Below, in pieces: positions 1-11,394 of a DNA stretch of 64,000 bases. A program made the position numbers and the translations under genes. How positions within the stretch are numbered: position 1 is the stretch's first letter; each line of letters begins with the position of its first letter. Under the pieces are notes generated by a model that worked only from the letters and a program-made list of their open reading frames with translations, was not told the DNA's origin and did not search any database. Source of the DNA: Acidobacteriota bacterium (lineage in GTDB: Bacteria; Acidobacteriota; UBA6911; RPQK01; JADFOI01); NCBI GenBank assembly GCA_963663035.1, contig OY760074.1, positions 1,792,001 through 1,856,000 on the forward strand, in the 5' to 3' direction.

Positions 1-2
1 CT

Positions 3-1112
3 CAAACCCACCTCTCAGACATCCATCTCCGAAGACTGCTTCTCATTTTCAGTCTTCCCCTTCTTCTCTGGACGCTGTGGTACCTTCGCGCTTATCTCCA
101 CTACGACCGCTTTGTCCTTGTGAACACCCTGCTCCACATGAACAAGAGGGAGGCCTTTTCCCTCGACCTGATTGGCCTCAAATTTATCAGCCTGATCGTG
201 AACCTGGGCGGAGCATTTCTGTTTCCCCTGGTCTTCTGGTACGGATTCGCGCGCCATGTGGCAACTCGCATTTTCCTGTTGATCTTCCTTCTCAGTTTTG
301 TCCCATTTTACATGGGCTTCCCATGGTCTCAGGAGTGGAGCTGGACTCATGTGCTTCTCTTCTCGCTGTTTCTCTCGACAGGACTTCTCATCCTCAACAA
401 GCTTCTTGCCCTGTTTTTCAATACCGCCAAAAACCTGACTCAAAACTTCGAACTGCATCAAAGTTTCTTACTTCTCTGGCTTCTGGGTATCTTCGCTGCC
501 TATCTCCTGATTTTTTACAGCGGATCTGTACGCTATGCTCTGCTGGCCTTGCCCCCTGTCATTCTTCTGTGGATGAATCACCTGGAAAGACGGTTCAGAA
601 ACCCATTCTCCCGCAGAAATCTGATCTGGCTTGCCGTGTTTCTCACCACCTCCTACTCACTGGCCATTGCCACTGCCGATTACCGGTTTGCAAACCTGTA
701 TCGCAGCAGCGCCAGCGAGCTCAGCTCAGACTATTCTCAACCCGATAGAACGATCTGGTTTGCGGGAGAATGGGGATTCAAGTATTACATGACAAAACAT
801 GGTGCGAAATCGATAACGAGGGCACAGATCGGGCCACGTGCGGGAGACATCATTGTCAAACCCTACCAAGCCCTGCCCTGGGTGACTCTCTACGATGGGC
901 CCTCCTACACCCAGCTGCTCGAGCAGCGCCAGGCTAGCGTGACCGGTAGCGTTCGCATTCTGGACTTTTTCTCACATGCCGGCTTTTACAGCACAGGCTG
1001 GGGTATTCTTCCCTTCAGCATCAGTACTTCAGATCGATGGGAATGGTTCAACGTGTATCTGGTCACACAGGAGTATGACGGACCCATCCCCGAACCCGAA
1101 ACGGCCTGGTAG
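3..1112 (+). CDS. Multi-pass membrane protein, probable GT-C (ArnT/PMT-like) glycosyltransferase; 5'-truncated by window edge
   Basis: Frame is open from position 3 (QTHLSDIHLRRLLLIF...). Many hydrophobic helices, RYALLALPP motif and a soluble C-terminal domain (WFAGEWGFKYY) match GT-C architecture. Confidence 0.55.
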   Translation, partial: QTHLSDIHLRRLLLIFSLPLLLWTLWYLRAYLHYDRFVLVNTLLHMNKREAFSLDLIGLKFISLIVNLGGAFLFPLVFWYGFARHVATRIFLLIFLLSFVPFYMGFPWSQEWSWTHVLLFSLFLSTGLLILNKLLALFFNTAKNLTQNFELHQSFLLLWLLGIFAAYLLIFYSGSVRYALLALPPVILLWMNHLERRFRNPFSRRNLIWLAVFLTTSYSLAIATADYRFANLYRSSASELSSDYSQPDRTIWFAGEWGFKYYMTKHGAKSITRAQIGPRAGDIIVKPYQALPWVTLYDGPSYTQLLEQRQASVTGSVRILDFFSHAGFYSTGWGILPFSISTSDRWEWFNVYLVTQEYDGPIPEPETAW

Positions 1113-1116
1113 GGGA

Positions 1117-1190
1117 GTTCCAGGTTTCAAGTTTGGGATTTGAGATTTGGAATTTGTTTGGGATTTGGAATTTGCGAATTTGGAATTTCC
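1117..1190 (+). repeat. Degenerate heptamer tandem repeat (ATTTGGA/ATTTGAG type)
   Basis: gtttgggatttgagatttggaatttgtttgggatttggaatttgcgaatttggaattt; related tracts at about 7740-7791 and 8688-8727. Confidence 0.75.
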
Positions 1191-1226
1191 CGCTGACACA
1201 GCCGGCAGACCGGCTGTGTCAGCGGG
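1189..1226. terminator. GC-rich hairpin between convergent genes
   Basis: cccgctgacacagccgg-caga-ccggctgtgtcagcggg perfect inverted repeat overlapping the stop codon of the radical SAM gene. Confidence 0.55.
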
Positions 1227-2808
1227 TCAGGTATTTTTTCAACTGGGCTCTATGGAACAGTCCCACATAGAGCCTCTCCATGACTCGAATGAGCGGAATT
1301 TCAGGCATGAAAGCAAAAAACCTCCAGCGCAGCCGCCAGCGCAAATAGTGATAGTAAAGGCTAAAAATCGCCATGAGCAGTGGCTTGAAGCGATGGTCAC
1401 AGAACCTTTCAAAGGCGCGCCGCTCGAAGAATCGACTCATGACATTGATCTTGCTGATAAATTTTTTCTGTCGAGGGGAGAGAAACGGATTATTGTTTTC
1501 ACCAAAGTGAAAGTGGCTCCATCCCTCCAGGGTATCGGGAAACTTCATCCCATAAACGAGACGAGCCTTGTCGTAGAGAGTGGTCCCTGGATAGGGGGTG
1601 TAAATAGCAACGGGAGCGGTGCCGGCATTCGGGTTTGTGCTCAACAACTCCATCATGAAGTCCACCGTTTTCAGGGTTTCTTCACGCTCTTCCTTGGGAA
1701 AACCGGCCATGAATCCATATTTGATGTACACATCTGAACGCGACAGGCGCTGATTGACTTCCCTGACCTGCTCCAGGGTTGTTCTCTTGAGAATCTCCTG
1801 AAGACGTTGCGGGGAACCCGACTCGATGCCCACCCATAGCTCCTTGAAACCTGCCCGGAAGAGCTTATCGATCATCTCATCGTTTTGCCGATACAGGTAA
1901 TCAATCCGGCAAGGGACCTGAATAAGAAGATCGAGCCTCTCCTTGAGCAGAAGGTCACATATCTTCTCGACTCGACCCGGATGCCCGAAAAAGTAATCGT
2001 CCTCAAGGAAAAGGGCCTTCACTGAGAAACGCTCCACCAGGTAAAGGAGGTCCCGGACAACCCGCTCCGCTGAATGGTAGCGGAAACGACGCTCGTTGAA
2101 CTTGAGGTTGTAACAAAACTCACAATCGAATGGACAGCCGCGGCTGGTGACCATTTGAAGCTGGGCTTCACCCGTGGAGGGAGCGCGGGTCACGTATTGC
2201 TCCATCTGGATAAGCCCGTAGTCGGGTGGCGGGATGACATCCAGATCCTGGATGAGTGGCCGGGCAGAGGTAAACCTGAGTTGGTCCCTGGACTTATAGC
2301 CGATACTCTGAACGGAGGCCAGGTCTCCACCTGTGCGAAGGCAGTCAGCCAATTCAATGAGGGTGATTTCACCCTCTCCCATCACCACAAAGTCGCACAA
2401 TTCATCCTTGAGTGTAGAGTCGGGACAGAGGGTAGGATGGACGCCCCCCCAGACAATGGGGAGAGTCGAATCCAGGCGGCGAAGCATGCGAGCGGCGCTT
2501 AACCCTCCACGAAGCTGCATTCCTGTCATGCAGGAGATTCCCGCCAGAAGAGGCTTCTCGCGGGAAATCGAGTGGGCGATGTCCTCCTCAAAAGTCTCGG
2601 TCACCCGTTCATCCAGGATCTCAACTCTGTATCCCGCCTGCTCCAGCACCGTTCCCAGATAGAGGCAGGAGAGTGGTAGTCCGACATTGATCCCATAGAC
2701 ATCCATGCCGGTGATGGGATAGATGAGTAAGATTTTCCCCAGATCGCGCTGGGTTGATCTGAGCCAGGGAAAATTTTTACTGCTCTCCATGAGTGACACC
2801 GTGAGCAC
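1219..2808 (-). CDS. Cobalamin-binding radical SAM protein (class B methyltransferase-like)
   Basis: N-terminal B12-binding domain (WGGVHPT...GEGE) and TSRGCPFDCEFC CxxxCxxC. Alternative start ATG 2790. Confidence 0.9.
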   Translation of the reverse strand: MLTVSLMESSKNFPWLRSTQRDLGKILLIYPITGMDVYGINVGLPLSCLYLGTVLEQAGYRVEILDERVTETFEEDIAHSISREKPLLAGISCMTGMQLRGGLSAARMLRRLDSTLPIVWGGVHPTLCPDSTLKDELCDFVVMGEGEITLIELADCLRTGGDLASVQSIGYKSRDQLRFTSARPLIQDLDVIPPPDYGLIQMEQYVTRAPSTGEAQLQMVTSRGCPFDCEFCYNLKFNERRFRYHSAERVVRDLLYLVERFSVKALFLEDDYFFGHPGRVEKICDLLLKERLDLLIQVPCRIDYLYRQNDEMIDKLFRAGFKELWVGIESGSPQRLQEILKRTTLEQVREVNQRLSRSDVYIKYGFMAGFPKEEREETLKTVDFMMELLSTNPNAGTAPVAIYTPYPGTTLYDKARLVYGMKFPDTLEGWSHFHFGENNNPFLSPRQKKFISKINVMSRFFERRAFERFCDHRFKPLLMAIFSLYYHYLRWRLRWRFFAFMPEIPLIRVMERLYVGLFHRAQLKKYLTR

Positions 2809-3771
2809 TTAGCCAGTCACCTTCATCAACCACTGTTTGTAGAGATTCTCACCCATGGTTGTGAGCCGAGGAAGGTTCTCCTGAAGGTAAGGACGCATTC
2901 GAGCCAGGGGCGCAGTCCAACTTGGATGATTGATGTAATCGCAGCGGGCACAGAGCCCCAGCTTTTGAAAGTTTCTGTTGTACAACCAGCGCCTTTTCTG
3001 GTCAAAAGCCTCCGAGTGCCAGACTTCATAGACGCTTTGCTGCCTGATATCTCCTAACAAGTACTCACCCTCGGAATCAAAACAGCACAGGGCAACCTGG
3101 CCATTCGCCAAAATGGTGATGTAGTGATAAAGGCGCTCACAAAAGTTGATCTTGTTTTGGGAGCGGCCTTTATTCTTCAACCTTCCGGCCCAATTGAAGT
3201 AGACAGAAAACCGCACCTCGTCGGCTTCCCTCCACACCTTTTTCAGCTCTTGGCGGGTATGCCTGTTCTCTGGTACCGTGACCATGGCAATGGACACCGT
3301 GGGTCTTGACTTCCCCAACTGGTTCCTGCGACGGATAAAGTCGAGGACATTGCGTCGTACCTGCTCATACTCCAAACCTATTCGAATACTTTCAAAGGTG
3401 GCCTGATCTCCCCCATCAATGGAGACGATGACGCTGTCCAGAAGGTCTTCCTGCAAGAGGGTCTCGGCCAAATCGCCACACAACTTCGAGCCATTGGTGG
3501 TGAGATTGATATGGGTTTGCCTGGCACCTTCCCTTGCCGTGCGAAAATAATCGACAACTCCAGGAACCAGCAGCGACTCTCCATGCAGAAAAGGCAGAAT
3601 CTTCTTGGCCTTGTAACGCCCACATTCATCCACTATCTTTCGAAACAGCGGCATGGGCATGACCTCGCGCTTGCGCTTCATGGCGGGGGTGGCGCAAATT
3701 GTACAGAGGGCATTGCAGGCGTTGGTGAGCTCGATATACACATGGTCAGGAAAGTCAGGATAGTGGTACAT
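2809..3771 (-). CDS. Radical SAM protein with SPASM/twitch domain
   Basis: ELTNACNALCTIC motif; C-terminal FC...GQVALCC...LGD...W...CARC auxiliary-cluster motif. Confidence 0.9.
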   Translation of the reverse strand: MYHYPDFPDHVYIELTNACNALCTICATPAMKRKREVMPMPLFRKIVDECGRYKAKKILPFLHGESLLVPGVVDYFRTAREGARQTHINLTTNGSKLCGDLAETLLQEDLLDSVIVSIDGGDQATFESIRIGLEYEQVRRNVLDFIRRRNQLGKSRPTVSIAMVTVPENRHTRQELKKVWREADEVRFSVYFNWAGRLKNKGRSQNKINFCERLYHYITILANGQVALCCFDSEGEYLLGDIRQQSVYEVWHSEAFDQKRRWLYNRNFQKLGLCARCDYINHPSWTAPLARMRPYLQENLPRLTTMGENLYKQWLMKVTG

Positions 3772-3777
3772 TTCAGG

Positions 3778-5196
3778 CTAGTTGGTTCGGGAGGTTGCGC
3801 CCCTGATAAAGCGGGGCAGAAAGTGCCGTTCCACGGCTCTAAGGTATCTCTTGCTGGAACGTAGGTCTAACAGTTTGGGCAGCATTTTAAGAAATCTAAA
3901 GCGCGTCAGGAAAAACATCAAATAGGCCTTCCGTTGCAGCCTCTTCAAGGCCCTGAAATCAAAATCGGGTGTCTGAATCCTCCCCACCTGGTGGAGAAGA
4001 TCAGGCTGCTCAGTGAGATCAACCATTCCCTGCTCTACCACCTGCCGGCTCAACTCGCTTCCGGCATAGGGGATGACAATGCTGAAGAGGGCTTCATCCA
4101 GGTCCGTCTGACAAGCGAAGCGAATAGTCATGTTGATCTCTGCTACTGTTTCTGTGGGAAAACCGATCATGAAGAACCCCAGGATGTGGATCTGGTACTT
4201 TTTCGCCCAACCCACCACATCCTTCACCTGATGAAGCTTCAAATATTTTTTGCTCAACCTCTGAATCCGTGGACTGGCTGACTCGATGGCAATACAGATG
4301 TGGTGTGTTCCAGCTGCCGCAAGCTTTTGCATGAGTTCCTCATCGAGCCGCTCCAGGCGAACACCGTTTCCAAACTGAATTCCGATTTCGAGTCCTTCCT
4401 GGACAATCATGTCGCAGATCTTCTTGGCCCGGTCCATGTCGAAGTTAAAGATGTCATCTTCAAACATGAATTCCCGAATGGCGTAGTCGTAGTACAACAT
4501 CTTCAGCTCTTTGAGCACGCTCTCGGGACTGCGCGGCCGGAACTTCTTGCCAAAGAGGTCATGGCAGTAAGTACAGTGCCAGGGACAACCTCGACTGGAG
4601 AAGACCTGAATGGCTCGGCTGTACTTAGGAGGATAGCGGGACGATTGCGCTTCTACATAGCGATCCAGGTCGAGCAGGTGGTAGGCCGGCAAAGGAATCG
4701 CATCCACATCCGCGATGGGAGGACGAGGTGGATTCTTCCTGATTGCCCCACTTTCATCCTTCCAGGCAAGGCCCTGAACCTGAGAGAGGTCTCGAGAGGA
4801 AGCAAGCACATCCAGAAAGTGACCAAAGGTCTCCTCTCCCTCCCCCACACACACGAAATCACAGTACGGCTGGCTCAGGACTTCCTCGGTCACTATGGTG
4901 GGATGCTGACCACCGAAAATGACCTGGATCTCCCGATCAAACCCCTTCACCTTGCGGGCCGTCATCTCCGTCCCTTCAAACTCCGCCGTCATGCAACTCA
5001 GACCCACCAGATTCCACTTTCGCTCTCTCAACTTACCGTACAGAATCGGATCGGGGTCCTCCTCCAGAGCCAAATCAAGGATCTCAACATGATGGTCTCT
5101 CTTTTGGGCCATCGGTGCCACAGAGACCAGCCCGGTGGGAATTCCCACGATCATGTCCGTGTATGTCGGCTTCCCACGGATGAGCAGAATGTTCAT
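3778..5196 (-). CDS. Cobalamin-binding radical SAM protein
   Basis: FGGQHPT...GEGEET B12 domain and SSRGCPWHCTYC motif. Confidence 0.9.
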   Translation of the reverse strand: MNILLIRGKPTYTDMIVGIPTGLVSVAPMAQKRDHHVEILDLALEEDPDPILYGKLRERKWNLVGLSCMTAEFEGTEMTARKVKGFDREIQVIFGGQHPTIVTEEVLSQPYCDFVCVGEGEETFGHFLDVLASSRDLSQVQGLAWKDESGAIRKNPPRPPIADVDAIPLPAYHLLDLDRYVEAQSSRYPPKYSRAIQVFSSRGCPWHCTYCHDLFGKKFRPRSPESVLKELKMLYYDYAIREFMFEDDIFNFDMDRAKKICDMIVQEGLEIGIQFGNGVRLERLDEELMQKLAAAGTHHICIAIESASPRIQRLSKKYLKLHQVKDVVGWAKKYQIHILGFFMIGFPTETVAEINMTIRFACQTDLDEALFSIVIPYAGSELSRQVVEQGMVDLTEQPDLLHQVGRIQTPDFDFRALKRLQRKAYLMFFLTRFRFLKMLPKLLDLRSSKRYLRAVERHFLPRFIRGATSRTN

Positions 5197-5209
5197 TGGG
5201 TGCTTTCTT

Positions 5210-6226
5210 TCATCGGTCTCGGAACAGTGGAAACTTGTAAAAGATGGCCGCCTTCTCCATCTTCGGGATCCACCGACGGACCTTCATCATATCTACCATG
5301 AAGCTTCCCAAAATCACGGGCAGCCGCGGATTTGGCGCATGGCAATTCTGACATTCCGGGTAATCGCCAAGATCCCCATCCAGATGTGCCTGCCGCATCC
5401 GCTGCATCTCGTGAGAGTTCCACAACTCAAAAATAGAACTTTCCTGAACGTTTCCAAGGGGTTTTGATTGCCACATGTGGCAGCACGGGAAAAAATCCCC
5501 TTTATAGTTGATGGTGGCCGGGCCTTGCCAAAGCTGGTGACAAGGATGACGGCGGCGCTGGTGGTGTATCCGCTCCTCTAAAGCTACTTCCGGGATCACA
5601 ATTTCATCTTCCTTAATGCGGATCTCATCGACCCCTTTTAGGGACCACATCTGGTGGAAATCGCGCACCTGGTGTTGGTTATCTGGCAAGCGCACCATCT
5701 GCAGCACCACAAAAAGATCCGCTCCCCTTTCCTGCTTGATTTCCAGAAAGCGCAAAATATTGGCCCGAACCTTGTGGAACTTGGCTCCTTTGCGGTATTT
5801 CTCATAGACTTCCGGCGTGGCTCCATCAAAGGCAATAATCAGACTGTCCAGGCCCGAATCAATGAGTGCATGGCTCCTCTTCTCGTTCAAAAAGGTAGCG
5901 TTGGTGGAGACCACCGTGTAAAGATCCGCATCCTTACAGTAGCGCAGCATCTTGTAAATATCAGGGTTCATCAAAGGTTCTCCGGCACCCCAAGGAAAGA
6001 CCAATTCGGTACGATCTCGAATCTCGTCGATAACCTGCCTGAAGAGACTGAAGTCGAAGTCCTCGGGAGGATAGTAACCGAACTCCCGAGGACACATGGG
6101 ACATTCCAGGTTGCACTTGGTAGTATTCTCCACGATGAGCGTCATGGGATAGGCTTGGAGATCACTGAATCCCGTCAGATACCCTGACAGGAGTTTCCAG
6201 CGGTTCTGAATCTGAGAAAACTTCAT
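5210..6226 (-). CDS. Radical SAM protein with SPASM/twitch domain
   Basis: ENTTKCNLECPMC, GAGEPL, PC...GDFFPCC...LGNV...WNS...CQNC; AGGGAG RBS upstream. Confidence 0.9.
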   Translation of the reverse strand: MKFSQIQNRWKLLSGYLTGFSDLQAYPMTLIVENTTKCNLECPMCPREFGYYPPEDFDFSLFRQVIDEIRDRTELVFPWGAGEPLMNPDIYKMLRYCKDADLYTVVSTNATFLNEKRSHALIDSGLDSLIIAFDGATPEVYEKYRKGAKFHKVRANILRFLEIKQERGADLFVVLQMVRLPDNQHQVRDFHQMWSLKGVDEIRIKEDEIVIPEVALEERIHHQRRRHPCHQLWQGPATINYKGDFFPCCHMWQSKPLGNVQESSIFELWNSHEMQRMRQAHLDGDLGDYPECQNCHAPNPRLPVILGSFMVDMMKVRRWIPKMEKAAIFYKFPLFRDR

Positions 6227-6265
6227 CGTGACTCCCTGAACTAACTGCCTGGTTAGATATACTAG

Positions 6266-7738
6266 ATGATAATGCTGAACAAGAAACAGTGCTACTGTTC
6301 TTTTCTTTTTCTTTTGGTCCTTTTCGCCCTGACCGACTGCGCCAAAAATCCGGTCACCGGAAAACGTCAGATCGTCTTGATTTCAGAACGTCAGGAGATC
6401 GCCTACGGTCAGGAGGCACATCCGCAGGTGCTGGAGGAATTCGGTCGAGTTGAAAACTCCAATCTTCAAAACTACCTCGACCAGGTGGGTCAAAAGCTGG
6501 CCGGCATCTCCCACCGTCCCGAGCTGGAGTGGTATTTTACCGTCGTGGACGTCCCCGTCGTCAACGCTTTCGCCCTGCCCGGAGGCTATATTTATTTCAC
6601 CCGGGAGATTCTGGCCTACATGAACAACGAAGCGGAGCTCGCCAGCGTCCTGGGACATGAGATTGGACACGTCACGGCTCGACATGCGGTTTCGCAAATC
6701 AGCAAGAGTCAACTCTTCGGAGCGGGATTGGGATTGGGCAGCGTCTTTTCACCGACCTTCGCTCAATTAAGCGATGTCGCCCAGCTTGGGGTGGGACTGC
6801 TCTCCCTCAGATACGGTCGTGATGATGAACGGCAGTCTGATGATCTGGGAGTCCAATACATGAGCACTGCCGGCTACGATCCTCGGGAAATGAGCAAGTT
6901 CTTTGTCGTCTTTCAGCAGATGAGGGAGCAATCCGATCAATCCGTGCCCAGCTGGCTCACCAGTCACCCCGAACCTCCGGATCGGATCAGTGCTACCAGG
7001 CAAGCGGCCCAGTCTATCGTTCGTACCCGGCCCGACAGAAGCTGGAACATCGGCCGGGAGACCTTCCTCAGGCAGATCAGCGGCATCGTGTATGGGGAAA
7101 ATCCAAGGGAGGGATTTGAATCAGATGGATGGTTTTCACAGCCTGACCTGAGATTCAGAATTCGCTTTCCGCAGGGCTGGAAGGTACAAAATAGCAAACG
7201 TGCCGTCGTGTTCGCCCCCGAAAGTGGAGACGCTGCCATTCAGTTGACCCTGGCCGAGGCTCCCCGAGGGACCTCTCCGGAAGAGTACGCTAGAAGCCTG
7301 GCCGAGCAGCCAGGTGTGCAACTTGTGGAAGGGCGCAGGAACAGTATCAATGGTAATTCTGCCTATCTGGGCGTCTACCGGATCCAGGATTCCCAGGGAA
7401 ATCAAATCAACGGGATGGGAGCCTTCATTGTGCATGAGGGAAGGCTCTACGAGATTATGGCCCTGACCCCAAGCCAGAAATTCCAGCAATACTCCGCGAC
7501 CTTCGAAAACAGCCTCACCAGTTTTTCTGAATTAACGGACCGGAGAATCCTGAATGTCCAACCCGATCGACTCGAGCTTCGGTCGGCCCGAGCAGGCCAG
7601 ACCCTGCGTTCGATGGCCGATGATGTGAACAACCCACGGGTGAGTGTGGAGGAGCTGTCCCGACTGAATCGTATCGATGCCTATGAGGAACTCAGGGCGG
7701 GCACATTGGTCAAGGTCATCGTGCCGGGAAGAAGGTAG
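6266..7738 (+). CDS. M48 family zinc metalloprotease lipoprotein with C-terminal LysM-like domain
   Basis: Lipobox-like LTDC followed by AKNPVTG, NAFALPGG, HEIGH, E-x-x-x-D, THP-like TSHP; C-terminal GQTL...LNRI LysM-like segment. Confidence 0.88.
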   Translation: MIMLNKKQCYCSFLFLLVLFALTDCAKNPVTGKRQIVLISERQEIAYGQEAHPQVLEEFGRVENSNLQNYLDQVGQKLAGISHRPELEWYFTVVDVPVVNAFALPGGYIYFTREILAYMNNEAELASVLGHEIGHVTARHAVSQISKSQLFGAGLGLGSVFSPTFAQLSDVAQLGVGLLSLRYGRDDERQSDDLGVQYMSTAGYDPREMSKFFVVFQQMREQSDQSVPSWLTSHPEPPDRISATRQAAQSIVRTRPDRSWNIGRETFLRQISGIVYGENPREGFESDGWFSQPDLRFRIRFPQGWKVQNSKRAVVFAPESGDAAIQLTLAEAPRGTSPEEYARSLAEQPGVQLVEGRRNSINGNSAYLGVYRIQDSQGNQINGMGAFIVHEGRLYEIMALTPSQKFQQYSATFENSLTSFSELTDRRILNVQPDRLELRSARAGQTLRSMADDVNNPRVSVEELSRLNRIDAYEELRAGTLVKVIVPGRR

Positions 7739-7791
7739 GTTCCAGGTTTCAGGTTCCAAGTTCCGGATTTCGAATTTGGGAATTGAGATTT

Positions 7792-7880
7792 CCGCCGGCC
7801 AAAGGCCGGCGGTGGTTCCAGGGCCCGTGGGCTAAAGCCCACGGCTCTGACTCCTGACTCCTGACTCCTGCCTCCTGTCT
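7792..7880. repeat. Cluster of REP-like palindromes plus CTGACTC heptamers
   Basis: ccgccggcc-aaa-ggccggcgg (also at about 8728-8748), ccgtgggctaaagcccacgg (also at about 34938), ctgactc x3. Confidence 0.7.
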
Positions 7881-7889
7881 CCTTCTTCC

Positions 7890-8603
7890 TCAGTTAATCC
7901 AGAAATCGTCCTTTGGCTTCCGTTTCTCACCGTCGTAGACCTTGAATCGTTTCCGCATCCGCTTCAGCTTCCAGCGAAAGTAGACCTGACGCGCTCCCGA
8001 AAGTGAAAGCAAACCTTTCATGTAGAGAAAGGCAAACACCATCCCTCCCAGATGGGCCATGTGAGCAATGGGACCACCAGGCGACCTGAGTGCGGAAAGA
8101 AAGGCCAGACCGCCCACAACCGCCACAAAATATTTCACTTTTACGGGAAAGAGAAAATACAGGTAGATCAGGCGCTCGGGAAACATGAACCCAAAAGCAA
8201 TTAAGATTCCATAAATTGAGCCGCTTGCCCCGATGGTGGGGATTTCAGAGAAGGGCTGAAAGACAATCGAGAACACCCCTGCTCCCATGCCGGTGATCAG
8301 GAAAAATTTTAGAAACTCCTTGCTTCCCCAGTGGCGCTCCAGTTCGCAGCCGAACATCCAGAGCGCAAACATATTCACGAACAGATGCCCAAAGCCCCCG
8401 TGAAGAAAAAGATAGGTAACGATCTGCCACAGAAAGAGTTTGCTGAGAACCAGGTAAGGAGTCAGACCGAAGATCTGGACCATCTCTCTGCCAGCACCCA
8501 GCCCCTGCAGCAGGAAAGTCCCCACACAGGCGATAAGGAGATATTTGACCATGGGAGTCAGTTGCGGGCCAATTCTGATCTGGTGTCGAGGGCTGAAACT
8601 CAT
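7890..8603 (-). CDS. Rhomboid family intramembrane serine protease
   Basis: WQIVTYLFLH, HLFVNM, GASG catalytic Ser and AHLGG catalytic His. Start set at ATG 8603 because the longer ORF runs into heptamer repeats. Confidence 0.92.
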   Translation of the reverse strand: MSFSPRHQIRIGPQLTPMVKYLLIACVGTFLLQGLGAGREMVQIFGLTPYLVLSKLFLWQIVTYLFLHGGFGHLFVNMFALWMFGCELERHWGSKEFLKFFLITGMGAGVFSIVFQPFSEIPTIGASGSIYGILIAFGFMFPERLIYLYFLFPVKVKYFVAVVGGLAFLSALRSPGGPIAHMAHLGGMVFAFLYMKGLLSLSGARQVYFRWKLKRMRKRFKVYDGEKRKPKDDFWIN

Positions 8604-8650
8604 TACGCTGATGATAGCATCGCGTGCAAGTTGAGGGAAAGCAGCGAACC

Positions 8651-8748
8651 GCTGACAGCTGACACCTGACACCTGACAGGACTTCTAGGTTCCGAGTTTT
8701 GAATTTAGGATTTGGAATTTTGAATTTCCGCCGGCCTTCGGCCGGCGG
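8651..8748. repeat. CTGACA(C/G) heptamers, ATTTGGA-type heptamers and palindrome
   Basis: gctgacagctgacacctgacacctgacagg, gaatttaggatttggaattttgaattt, ccgccggccttcggccggcgg. Confidence 0.7.
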
Positions 8749-10071
<1,323 letters not shown>

Positions 10072-11253
10072 TCAGACGATGACTGGTTTGGCAGCCATCT
10101 CAGGCAGCTCCGCCTCGCGACGGAGCAGGTCAGCCTTGTCGGTGAGTTCCCAGGTGAAACCTTCCTCTTCTCTCCCAAAGTGACCGTAGGCAGCAGTCTT
10201 CCGAAAAATGGGCTTTCTCAAATCAAGCGAGTCGATGATCCCTTGAGGAGTGAGCTGAAAATGGGATTTGATCAGTTCTGTGATTGTCTCCTCGCTCACC
10301 TGTGCAGTACCAAAGGTATCCACCATCAGGGAGACCGGTTCGGGAATCCCAATAGCATAGGCCAATTGAATTTCCATGCGATCAGCCAGACCCGCAGCCA
10401 CACAGTTCTTGGCGATGTGACGGGCCATGTAAGAGGCCGACCGGTCGACCTTGGATGGGTCCTTGCCTGAAAAGGCTCCGCCGCCATGGCTTCCCACCCC
10501 GCCATAGGTATCGACAATGATTTTGCGTCCTGTCACACCACAATCCCCCTGGGGCCCTCCAATCACAAAGCGGCCAGTGGGATTGATGTGAACCTTGGTG
10601 TTGTTGTCGAGTAATTCTTCGGGAATGACTGGCTTGATCACCTTCTCTAGAATGGTCTCTTCGATCTCATCAGTGCTGACCTGGGGACTGTGCTGGGTGG
10701 CAATCACTACGGCCTCTATCCGGGTAGGCTTTTCCCCATCGTTTTCAACAGTGACCTGTGACTTGCCATCTGGTCGAAGCCAATCAATGATTCCCTCTTT
10801 TCGACACTGTGCCAGCCGCATGACCAATTGATGAGCCAGCATAATGGGCATGGGCATGAGCTGTGCAGTCTCAGAACAGGCATAACCGAACATCAACCCC
10901 TGGTCGCCGGCACCTCCAGTGTCCACTCCCTGAGCGATATCCGAGGACTGACTGTCAATGGAACAGATGATTCCACAGGTTTCGTAGTCGAATCCGAACT
11001 TGGCTCTGGTGTACCCCACATCACGGATAACCTCTCTGGCGACTCGAGCAAAATCCACATAGCCACTAGTGGTGATCTCCCCGGCGATGATCACCAGGCC
11101 TGTCGTCACCAGAGTCTCACAGGCCACCCGTCCTCGCGGCTCCTGTTCCAAGACTGCATCCAGGATAGCATCAGAGATTTGATCGGCAATCTTATCTGGA
11201 TGTCCTTCGGTTACCGACTCCGATGTAAATACGTGTTTACCCTTTCTTGACAT
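10072..11253 (-). CDS. metK: S-adenosylmethionine synthetase
   Basis: [35 protein letters not shown]; GGAGG RBS before ATG 11253. Confidence 0.98.
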   Translation of the reverse strand: MSRKGKHVFTSESVTEGHPDKIADQISDAILDAVLEQEPRGRVACETLVTTGLVIIAGEITTSGYVDFARVAREVIRDVGYTRAKFGFDYETCGIICSIDSQSSDIAQGVDTGGAGDQGLMFGYACSETAQLMPMPIMLAHQLVMRLAQCRKEGIIDWLRPDGKSQVTVENDGEKPTRIEAVVIATQHSPQVSTDEIEETILEKVIKPVIPEELLDNNTKVHINPTGRFVIGGPQGDCGVTGRKIIVDTYGGVGSHGGGAFSGKDPSKVDRSASYMARHIAKNCVAAGLADRMEIQLAYAIGIPEPVSLMVDTFGTAQVSEETITELIKSHFQLTPQGIIDSLDLRKPIFRKTAAYGHFGREEEGFTWELTDKADLLRREAELPEMAAKPVIV

Positions 11254-11295
11254 CACTCCTCCCCACGAAAACACTTCTCTGGAAGATGGGTGCAA

Positions 11296-11324
11296 AACCT
11301 AACACAGCCCTACTGACCTGTCAA
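11296..11324 (-). promoter_or_regulatory. Putative sigma70 promoter of metK-ahcY
   Basis: TTGACA-17 nt-TAGGTT on the minus strand. Confidence 0.55.
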
Positions 11325-11354
11325 TTTGTGCATTCGTGCTGCGGTCTGTCGCCT

Positions 11355-11393
11355 GTTGACAGCTGTCAGTTGTCAGTTGTCAGTCGTCAGTTG
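11355..11393. repeat. TGTCAGT/CTGACAA heptamer tandem repeat
   Basis: ttgacagctgtcagttgtcagttgtcagtcgtcagttg directly after the argF stop. Confidence 0.75.
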
Positions 11394-11394
11394 T

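Noticed and set aside
1147-1737. 196-aa plus-strand ORF, possible RiPP precursor for the radical SAM cluster
   Set aside because: It starts inside heptamer repeats and lies antisense to a real gene; no short precursor-like ORF flanks the cluster.
11254-11394. SAM or SAH riboswitch upstream of metK-ahcY
   Set aside because: The predicted leader is only about 35 nt and lacks recognisable aptamer motifs; the rest is promoter and heptamer repeat.
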